Shown piece after piece: positions 1-9,056 of a stretch of DNA of 40,998 nucleotides. Position 1 is the stretch's first letter; every line of letters begins with the position of its first letter. Location: assembly GCF_004010195.1 (NCBI RefSeq), contig NC_057751.1:11828402-11869399 (forward strand). Reading direction: 5' to 3'. The stretch comes from Chiloscyllium plagiosum (taxonomy: Eukaryota). A program made the position numbers and the translations under genes. Under the pieces are notes generated by a model, which was given only the letters and a program-made list of their open reading frames with translations, was not told the DNA's origin and did not search any database.

Positions 1-598
1 AACCGTAACCCCGGAGCAGACTCCCGGGTCTGGCTTATACTCACTCTACATGTTACCGGAACTGGGAGCCGTCAGTTCTCGTAGAGCGGTTGCCAACAAC
101 CCACGCTCGGCGGTTAAACGTAACCCCGGAGCAGACTCCCGGGTCTGGCTTATACTCACTCTACATGTTACCGGAACTGGGAGCCGTCAGTTCTCGTAGA
201 GCGGTTGCCAACAACTCACGCTCGGCGGTTAAACGTAACCCCGGAGCAGACTCCCGGGTCTGGCTTATACTCACTCTACATGTTCCCGGAACTGGGAGCC
301 GTCAGTTCTCGTAGAGCGGTTGCCAACAACCCACGCTCGGCGGTTAGACGTAACCCCGGAGCAGACTCCCGGGTCTGGCTTATACTCACTCTACATGTTA
401 CCGGAACTGGGAGCCGTCAGTTCTCGTAGGGTGGTTGCCAACAACCCACGCTCGGCGGTTAAACGTAACCCCGGAGCAGACTCCCGGGTCTGGCTTATAC
501 TCACTCTACATGTTACCGGAACTGGGAGCCGTCAGTTCTCGTAGAGCGGTTGCCAACAACCCACGCTCGGCGGTTAAACGTAACCCCGGAGCAGACTC
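1..598. repeat. Tandem array of a 115-bp CpG-rich unit, about 5.2 copies visible, running off the window start
   Basis: GTAACCCCGGAGCAGACTC recurs at 5, 120, 235, 350, 465 and 580; copies differ by only a few substitutions; the near-identical ORFs at 90/205/320/435 are 115 bp apart. Confidence 0.97.
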
Positions 599-600
599 AC

Positions 601-671
601 CGAACTGGAGACTTTTCCAGCTGATATACTCTTTTCCAGATATAAACATTCATGTGAACAGCAGAGCAAGG
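601..671 (-). other. Candidate 71-nt exon, minus strand
   Basis: Minus strand reads TGTGTTTTTTAG|CCTTGCTC...CCAGTTCG|GTGAGT: a pyrimidine-rich acceptor and a consensus donor. Product not recognised. Confidence 0.35.
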
Positions 672-811
672 CTAAAAAACACATTCCATTCTGGTTACAT
701 ACAGATAAGAAGATTCACACGGGGAGGTGTGTAATAAGATTCACACGGGACTAAGCAACACCTCCATTCCGGTTAGATTCACACATGTATTGGGACATAA
801 TTTTTAACCGT

Positions 812-1152
812 TTCACCACAGCCACCTCCTTCAGTACTCTGGGATGTAGACCATCAGGCCCGGGGGACTTATCAACCTTCAGAGCTAACAGTCTCTCCAT
901 CACCAATTCCTGGCAAATATAAATTCCCTTAAGTGCAGGTCCTTCAGCCACTGTTACCTCAGGGAGATTGCTTGTGTCTTCCCCAGTGAACATAGATCTG
1001 AAGTAATAATTCAATTCTTCTGCCATTTCTTTGTTCCCCGTAATATATTCCCCTGTTTCTGTCTTCAAGGGCCCAATTTTAGTCTTAACCATTTTTTTGC
1101 CTTTCACATACCTAAAAAAGCTTTTACTATCCTCCTTTATATTTTTGGCCAC
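812..1152 (-). mobile_element. CR1-clade LINE ORF2 fragment (region just upstream of RT)
   Basis: ORF 751..1227 contains AKNIKEDSKSFFRYVKGKK...LKVDKSPGPDGLHPRVLKEVA, typical of CR1 ORF2. Confidence 0.92.
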
Positions 1153-1716
1153 CATGTACAAAACTCTGGATAAGGGTGGTGGAGGGGTTGGTTCACGTGG
1201 GAGAGCTGTTTTTGCTTGATTCGGCAACTTTGGACAAAATAAATGCAGGCTGTTTTATATTGAATTGAATATATGGCAGTATTGCCACTTGTGGCTTCAC
1301 CTCAACAAAGTTCTGAAGTTATGGGACCAGAACTTCATCTGCTAGTCTCTCCTCCTCTTGCAAAAGTAGTCAGTTCGTGGTCCTATCTTCTCATCTGACA
1401 TTGAGCAGATCACACCAATTACAGCTTTGTTTCAACCTGAATCATTTCAGAATAAAAACAAATGGTGCAGATTTACTATGGATTAAGGCGAGACAAAATA
1501 TAATGTCACTCAGCACAAAGGACACACCTTCATAAACTAACAAACGAATTGTTAGCTCCATCACAACTATGAGTGCTGACTTGTTTAAGTACTTGTCCAC
1601 TGGTCATCGGCAGTTAAATTCAACGTACTTACAGCAAAAATAATGATACATTTTCCACGTCATACTTCAAAACTTTGAAACGGTCCAATTAATAAATCCT
1701 TTTTTCTCTCTCCATT

Positions 1717-1730
1717 ATTTCCATGGTAAC
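1717..1730. promoter_or_regulatory. Candidate RFX X-box in a locally CpG-enriched patch
   Basis: ATTTCCATGGTAAC (minus GTTACCATGGAAAT) is close to the X-box consensus GTTNCCATGGNAAC; a minus-strand donor GTAAGT lies at 1632-1627. Confidence 0.3.
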
Positions 1731-1987
1731 TAACTTCAACTGACACTAAGCTGAAGAATAATTGACCAACGCCTGAGACAGCGTTCTTGCGTAATGTGAA
1801 AGTTTCACAGTTTCTATTTGCACATTTCTTCCATGACTAACAAATGGCTAACTGTTTAATCAAGTTACAAAGAGAAATATTAGTCCAGATTATTCCTCAC
1901 AATCTTTCAAACCACATCGCCAATTGTGAAAGAATACTAATTCAGAATAAAATATGAGGTCAGAAATCATTTTTGTAATGGAAAATA

Positions 1988-2335
1988 GGAACCCTCGAGA
2001 GTAGTAATATCAGGATTACCCCTGGTCTACTAGTTAGTGAGGGTAGAAGTAGGAGGGTAGAGCAGATGATAACGCATGGTTGAGGAGATGGTGCATGGGA
2101 GAAAGATTCACTTTTTTGGATCATTGGAATCTTTTCTGGGGTAGATGTGGCAAGAAGAATAGATTGTACCTGAATTGGAAGGGGACTAATATACTGGCAG
2201 GGAAATTTGCTCAGGAGGATTTAAACTAGTCAGGTGAGGAGGTTGGACCCAGGGAGCTAGTGAGGAAAGAGATCAATCTGAGACTAGTGCAGTTGAGAAG
2301 AAGCGAGTCAAACAGTCAGGGCAGGCAGAAAATAG
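1988..2335 (+). mobile_element. CR1 LINE ORF1 3' end (SGNH esterase-like) plus inter-ORF spacer, decayed
   Basis: Translates with frameshifts to RVVISGL...AWLRRWCMGERFTFLDHWNLFWGR...LYLNWKGTNILAGKFA...EDLN*, matching the esterase-type CR1 ORF1 C-terminus. Confidence 0.8.
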
Positions 2336-2868
2336 AAAAACAAAGAAACACAGTTAATGGTTCAGTTTCACAGTCCATAAATGCCTGGCTTGCACTCTAC
2401 ACAAGGGTTTGACCTCGCCCCCACTGCTGCACTGGGCTGCTTGCTTTTGCCACCTTGTGACCTCTTCATGCTATCACTGCTGCCACAGGAAGCCTGTTCC
2501 TTTTCCTGCCACCAGCTGTGGCTGCCTGCTCCTGCTCTCACCACTGGCAGGTTTGAGTCATATAAGTGTGTTCTCTACGTAAGTCTGCAGCACTCATACT
2601 GATGCTCTGGCCAGAAACTGAACATTGATGCTTTGAAATAAAACCTTCATTACAAAATCTTTTATATGGTGAGGTGTATCTTCATGATCTATTGCTGGTG
2701 TTCCCCTTCCTAATGCTGCTATGTGTAAGATATTTGTGACTTTTGTCCATGCATACGACAATTACGTTAAGTGGCAGTCAAACTCTATTACTATTTAGTA
2801 TTTAAGAAACAAGTATTTCCTTGAGGACAGGAAGCTTCTGTGCCACAAATGGCTAATGCTTCTGAGTG

Positions 2869-3673
2869 AAAGTGAGTACTGCAGATGCTAGGGATTAGAG
2901 TCAAAAGTGTGGTGCTGGAAAAGCACAGCAGGTCAATCCGAGAAACAGGAGAATCGACGTTTCCGGCAAAGGTCCTTCATCAGGAATGAGGCTGGGAACC
3001 TCGGGGGTGGAGAGATAAATTGGAGGGGTTTGGTGCTGGGGGGAAGGTAGTGGAGAGTGCAATAGGTGGATGGAGGTGGGGATAATGGTGATGGGTCAGA
3101 GGGGAGGGTGGAGCAGATAGTTGAGAAGGAAGATGGACAGATGAGACAGGTCATGAAGACTGCCCTGCACCAATTAACCCCTCCATCCCATGGCCGAGCA
3201 CTTCAACTCCCCCTCCCATCCTGCTGAGGACATGCAGGTCCCGGGTCTCCTCCATCATCCCTCCCTAACCACCCGACGCCTGGAGGAAGAATGCCTCATC
3301 TTCAGCCTCAGGACACTCTAACCCCATGGCATCAATGTGGATTTCACCATTGTCCTCATTTCCCCTCCCCCCACCGTACCCCAGTCCCAACCTTCCAGCT
3401 CAGCAACATCCTCATGACCTGTCACATCTGTCTATCTTCCTTCTCAACTATCCGCTCCACCCTCCCCTCCGACCTATCAACTTTACTCCCACCTCCATCC
3501 ACCTATTGCACTCTCAACTACCTTCCCCCCAGCCCCACCCCCTCCCACTTATCTCCCAATCCCCAAGGCTCCCAGCCTCATTCCTGATGAAAGGCTTTTG
3601 CCCGAAATGTAAATTTTCCTGCTCCTCGGATACTGCTTGACCTGCTGTGCTTTTCCAGCCTCACACTCTTGAT
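2869..3673. mobile_element. Neptune-like PLE (family A), inverted fold-back insertion with GIY-YIG C-terminal remnant
   Basis: Left arm is the reverse complement of the right arm; 3190-3348 reads MAEHFNSPSHPAEDMQV..LL....TRRLEEECLIFSLRTL*PHGINVDF; TSD CTAAT(G/T)CTTCTGAGTG at 2853-2868 and 3674-3689. Confidence 0.88.
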
Positions 3674-5732
3674 CTAATTCTTCTGAGTGTCAACATGGAA
3701 TAATACAAAGTCATTCAGCCTAAAATCTAGATGTTATCAGGTTCTCTCAGGGCTTGGCTGCTTTGTTACAGCACTGCCTTTGGCTTCATCAGCATTACAT
3801 CTCATCAGCATTTTCGTTAGACTTTCCTTCTTCCTTGTCTAAGAGAGGAGAGAGGTTGCTAGTCCATCTTGTTCTCTTCTGGGTTCACACCCTGTGTTCG
3901 ACACTGTCCAACCTCTCACACTTTCAAGATAAAGTCTGTGATGCACAAGTATCTTATGGCATTCATTTCTCAATTATTTGAAGGTGGCATTGTCACTTTT
4001 ATACAGTTGTGTGCGAGGTCAACCGTTTTCCTTTTTTAATTTCACAGCATAAGGAGTAAGAGAAGGAGAATGTTTTCCTGCAGGCCCAGGACAGTGAGTC
4101 TGTAGTGAGAGGCATGGAGGAGTAAAAGAGTAATCCAGAGGAAGCGAGAGAGTGGGTTCAGGGACAAATATGAAGGGCCCAGCATCCTGGGTATGGTTGG
4201 GGAGGGGCAACCAGAACAGTCAGCCAAGTTACGAGAATGAGCAGCCTCATGAGTACTGACAAAATGCATGTCTGTCTCAAGGTCTTGGTGGCAGAGTCTT
4301 TCAAAGGCTTTGAGCTTTCTTACAATATTTCAATAACTTTCTGACATTTATGTCAAATAAGGTTTTTTACAATTAATCTTTGGTGTGAAAACCAGTTGAA
4401 GCTGCAAGTTCAGTTATGTCCCACATGACATAAGCATAAACATTCAAATAATGATCATGCACAGACAGTTAAATTGAAATCAATGTAATTGTGAAATATC
4501 AACAAGTGCAATTTAGTTTGGAAGAACACCAATGATACATTTGTGTTCTCATATATAATGTTAATGGGAACAGATTGGACAGTGAAGCTTTGGCTGTGAT
4601 TCAGAACCTCCCCGTTTCATGACTTGTTGTGTATTCTGGATTTAGGGCTGTTTCATTTCCCAAAGGCTTGCTACTTGCATCCATGGGCTATTTATATAAT
4701 ACTCTTTATTCACAGCTCACTTATGACATACATTTGCTCAGACAATGTTAGGATAGGACATCTGCTCCCTTTCAGATAGATGTCTCCTGAGACTGTACTC
4801 ATCGCTGCATCACTATAGACTTCTAATGTAAATTCGCAATGATGCAGTTGACTCCTTAATAGGCTGCCTGGAGATGTTGCATTGTCAGCTGATGGCAGGT
4901 TTAACCAATGAAAAGCTTCCCAAACACTGCATTGAATATTTTTCGGATGTATGTTGCTGGGACTCAGAATTTAAAGTGGAAGAGAGAAAGTGGAGTTGGC
5001 ATACGGTTCTGTTTACCACTTCAGAAATGGAACACCGTTGACAAACACGCAAAAACAACATTGCTTCATTCACAAGAAAGAAAATGTTCCAACTCTCCTA
5101 TCACCTTCAATGTGTGACAACCATGGAGGTTTCTCAGTCTGTTTGGCTCTCTGAATAACAATACACATGTGAATAAAATGAAGCAAATGTCATGTGAAAT
5201 ATTTACAAGTGAAGTGAAAATTTATAAAACACCCATAACACCTTATTTTCCTTGTCTAACATGTGGAAACATATTTATGGTCATATGTGTTCTGAAGACT
5301 TAATTCATGGAAACTATTCTGATCTTTGCAAACAAAGCTTTCATTCGCTTTGGTTGAGTAAGTTATTGAATCTTGATTTATATTAGTTTTGGAATTTCCA
5401 CTTTTTTCTGCTCAGATTGGACATGACTCATATTTTAACCTCCAAGATTTGACTTCATTAAACAAACATTGGCAAACTATTTTATAAGCAGTCCTATCTC
5501 TTGAACCTGGGTGTGCTCATGTGTATTCTGCAGTAGACAGCCCAACCCTTCAAATCAAATTTTGATACCATTTGATAAACAGCTATTGCTCACGACAGGA
5601 ACCTCTGGACTTAATAAAATGTAGGATGTCAGCATTGGGAATGGAACACTCGAAGAGTTTCCATTTCAACTATCTACGCTCAACCTCAAATACCTCCAGG
5701 TCAGAAAGGGAATAATTAGAGACAAAATAAAA

Positions 5733-6065
5733 AGGGCAGCAATGGCCTAGTGGTATTATTACTAGATTAATAATCTGAAGACCATGTAATGTTTTGGGGA
5801 CCTGGGTTTGAATCCCACCATGGCACATGGTGGAATTTGAATTCATTAAAAATCTGATGATGACCATGAAACAATGATCATGAAAAACCCATCTGGTTCA
5901 CTAATGTCCTTGGGAAGGAAACTGTTATCCTTATCTGGTCTGGCCTACATGTTACCCTGAACCCACAAAAATGTGGTTGACTCTCAACTATCGTCTGGGC
6001 AATTCAATGTGCAATAAATGTTGGCCTAATCAGTGATGCCTACATTCTGTGATTGAATTAAAAAA
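5733..6065 (+). mobile_element. tRNA-derived SINE with LINE-like 3' tail
   Basis: A-box-like TGGCCTAGTGG, B-box-like GGTTTGAATCC, tail GCAATAAATGTTGGCC...TGAATTAAAAAA; related pieces at about 7552-7615 and 11250-11570. Confidence 0.75.
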
Positions 6066-6461
6066 TGCTCCTGATAATCGCTTTATGTTGAAATTGAGAG
6101 ATAGTTGTCTGCATCATTGGAACTCTTTTTTTCTCAATTTCCCCACTCCCGTCATTAAATAGCCTCTGAGTGGCATTTAAAACAAAACCTAGACTTTTAT
6201 TGCATCTTTCACTATCTTAGGAGACCCTTAATTCCTTAAAACCAACAAATAATTTTGAAGTCCTGTCGGAAGAAAGGAAATACAACAGATAATTTGCACA
6301 GAACAAGATCCCAGAAACAGCAATATGGATAAAGATCAGATGAGCAGTTTTAGTACTGTTATTTGAAGTATTAATATAGGTCAGAACATTATAAGGCCAT
6401 ATGTTTCAGAACAGAATTAGGCCATTTGAGCCATCCAGTTTGCTCCACCATTCAAGCATGG

Positions 6462-7019
6462 TTAGAGACAAAAAAACGACAGATGCTGGAATCCAAGGTA
6501 GACAAGTAGGAGGCTGGAGGTACACAGCAAGCCAGACAGCATCGGGAGGTGGAGAAGTTGACATTTCGGGTATAACTCTTCTTCAGGAAGAAGAATGTCA
6601 GGAAGAAGAAGAGTTCACCCGAAACTTTGACTTCACCACCTTCTGATACTGCCTGGCTTGCTGTGTTCCTCCAGCCTCCTGCTTGTCGACCTTGGATTCC
6701 AGCATCTGTTGTTTTTTTTGTCTCCAGTCCTGAAGCAGGGTTATACCTGAGATGGTAGGAGAAAGTGAGGACTGCAGATGCTGGGGATCAGAGCTTAAAA
6801 ATGTGTAGCTGGAAAAGCGCAGCAGGTCAGGCAGCATCAAAGGAGAAGGAGAATCGATGTTTCGGGCATAAGCCCTGAAGAAGTTTCCTGAAGAAGGGCT
6901 TATGCCTGAAACGTCGATTCTCCTTCTCCTTTGATGCTGCCTGACCTGCTGCACTATACCTGAGATGGTGACTTCTTCACCGCCTGATGCTGCCGGGCTT
7001 GCTGTGTTTTTTCAGCCAT
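6462..7019. mobile_element. PLE terminal-repeat fold-back (family B)
   Basis: Inverted arms 6464-6590 and 6600-6727; degenerate HHR cores with GGG-TTATA-CCC-type stem II; TSD CACCATTCAA.C.TGG at 6446-6461 and 7020-7035 (14/16 identical). Confidence 0.8.
6757..6954. mobile_element. 198-bp fold-back PLE (family A) nested in the family B element
   Basis: Exact 15-bp TSD TATACCTGAGATGGT at 6742-6756 and 6955-6969; internal inverted arms; HHR core at 6888-6915. Confidence 0.9.
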
Positions 7020-8855
7020 CACCATTCAATCGTGGCTGATATGTTTCTCAATTCCATTCTCCTGTCTTTTCCCTGTATCTCTTGATCCCCTGACTAATCA
7101 AGATCTCTATCTTAAATACACCCAATGGCTTGACCTCCAAAGCCTTCTGTGGCAATGAGGGATAACTCCCCTGCTCTTTGATACCAGTGTAACATCCTTG
7201 ATTTTTGTCTTCAAGTTCTGCAGTGGAATTCAAACCGACCATGAATGAATTAAGCTAGAAGGGCAATTATCTGCTGTCGACCCATGTTATGCATAGAAGA
7301 TTGCCCAAGTGAAATTGACATCAGATCTGAGAAACAGCAAACAGTGGGAATCTTCACTCTCTGGATTTAACCATTTTACAAAATCGAGTTCAGAGGTCAT
7401 TTTGCTGCCCAGCTTTGCCTTTTTGAAATGTTTAACTTACTGATACTATTTTTAGCAAGCTTACATTTCACAGCAGATTACGGGCAACTGACCATGCCAA
7501 TGTGTTTCCTGTTCTAATGTGGTTCAACTCTTAAACAAACAATGGGTTCTTAAAGGCAATTTAGGATGGGCAACAAATGTTGACCTAGCCAGTGACACCC
7601 ATATCCTACAAAAGAAGAACAAAATGTGAAACATTTTTCTCTCAACATGTCGCATAAAAAGTATACAACAATTCTTCACACACATTTCCCATGTGATTGC
7701 TTGGGTTTGGATTTTGCACAGCTTATCCATCTTTCTGGAAAGGTGATATTGGGCTCGATTTGAACTCAATTTATTTTGAATTAGTTTGAATCGTGCTAAA
7801 TAATTCTATGGAAAATGTACTCTCATGGTACCCCTTTGAGTCAAACAACCTAATGATGCTGGATGGAGTTACAGATTTGCTGCCAGTATCTCAGGTTTTA
7901 ACAAATCAAAAATCAGATTGCAAAGGCCAGTTTTATTTCCATTTTTCCGAATCCCTCAGGAAAAACACATGGAATTCAGCGTTATGTAAACATATCAAAG
8001 TTATAAAAGTGGATTTAATTGACAAATGGGAACATAGAAGGAGAAGCATTCAGCCCCTTTAACCTGTTGTGCCAGTCTGGGTTGTGCCTTAATGCCATCT
8101 TCCCATGTTATCCCCCTAACCTATGTCAGTAATTTCACAAACATCTGAACAAGAAGCAGGAGTAGGTCACTTCGACCCTTGCCAACTCTTCCATTTCAAT
8201 AGGATCACAACTGACCCGAATGTAACTTCCCTTCTGCATTCCTACAAAACCCCAATGACCTTTTAACTCCTTGCTTCACAAGAATCTATCCACCTCTGTC
8301 TTAAAACTATTCAAGGATCCTCCTTCCACCAACTTTACAAGAAAATATTTCCAAAGCCTCACAATCATCAAAGAGATTTGTACCTCATCTTTGTTTTAAA
8401 GTGGCAACTATACTTTAAAATGGTGACGTCCTCGTTCTAGATTTTCCCACAACAGCAAATACTCTCTCCATGGGCACTCTTTAAAGAACCTCAAGGATCT
8501 TATGTGGTTCAATTAAGTTACTGTTTAATCTTCCAGGCTTCAGCAGATGCAAGTCCAGCCTGTCCAACCTGTCCTCATAAGGCAACCTGCCCATTCCAGT
8601 ATTAGTCTGCTAAACCTTTTCTGAACTGCTTACAACACATTTACATTTACATTAGTGGGTAGCATGGTGGCACAGTTGTTAGCACTGCTGACTCACAGCA
8701 CCAGAGACCCGGGTTCGATTCCTGCCTCAGGCAAATGTCTGTGTGAAGTTTGCACATTCTCCCTGTGTCTGCATGGGGTTCCTCTGGGTGCTCCGGTTTC
8801 CTCCCATAGTCCGAAAATGTGCCGGTTAGGTGAATTGGCCATGTTAAACTTTCCG

Positions 8856-9056
8856 GAGAAAGTGAGGTCTGCAGATGCTGGAGATCAGAGCTGGAAATGT
8901 GTTGCTGGAAAAGCACAGCAGGTCAGGCAGCATCCAGGGAACAGGAGAATCGACGTTTCGGCCCTTCCTGAAGAAGGGCTTATGCCCGAAACGTCGATTC
9001 TCCTGTTCCCTGGATGCTGCCTGACCTGCTGCGCTTTTCCAGCAACACATTTCCAG
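8856..9056. mobile_element. 201-bp fold-back PLE (family A) inserted in the HE1 SINE
   Basis: TSD CATGTTAAACTTTCCG at 8840-8855 and 9057-9072; arms 8891-8961 and 8986-9056 are reverse complements with one mismatch. Confidence 0.93.
8965..8998 (+). ncRNA. Minimal hammerhead ribozyme motif (PLE type), best-preserved family A copy
   Basis: CTGAAGA (8968-8974), A, GGGC-TTAT-GCCC stem II, GAAAC (8988-8992), GTC (8993-8995); stem III is reduced to the palindrome ACGT. Confidence 0.7.

Larger units (their letters stand above)
6395..7160 (-). mobile_element. CR1 3'-end fragment interrupted by nested PLE insertions
   Basis: Flanks (TTAGGCCATTTGAGCCATC... / ...CTTGATCCCCTG...CCTCCAAAGCCTTCTGTGGCAATG) resemble the CR1 3' end at 26095-26290. 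Confidence 0.75.

Noticed and set aside
1..598. CRISPR array
   Set aside because: Whole 115-bp units repeat with no unique spacers, there are no cas genes and the context is eukaryotic.
1..598. 5S rRNA array or twister ribozyme
   Set aside because: The period is near 5S length but the sequence does not resemble 5S; a superficial twister-like CTCTAC..CGG..CCGG..GTAGAG layout lacks the conserved UAA and loop residues.
90..734. Four repeated 74-99 aa ORFs as a gene family
   Set aside because: TTG starts and a direct consequence of the tandem repeat; no recognisable domain.
2869..3673. DNA transposon / classical MITE because of terminal inverted repeats
   Set aside because: Asymmetric arms, long variable TSDs and a GIY-YIG remnant indicate an inverted Penelope-like retroelement.
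8660..8730. tRNA genes at SINE heads (also 5740, 22880, 29500)
   Set aside because: A and B boxes continue directly into SINE body and tail; these are not standalone tRNAs.
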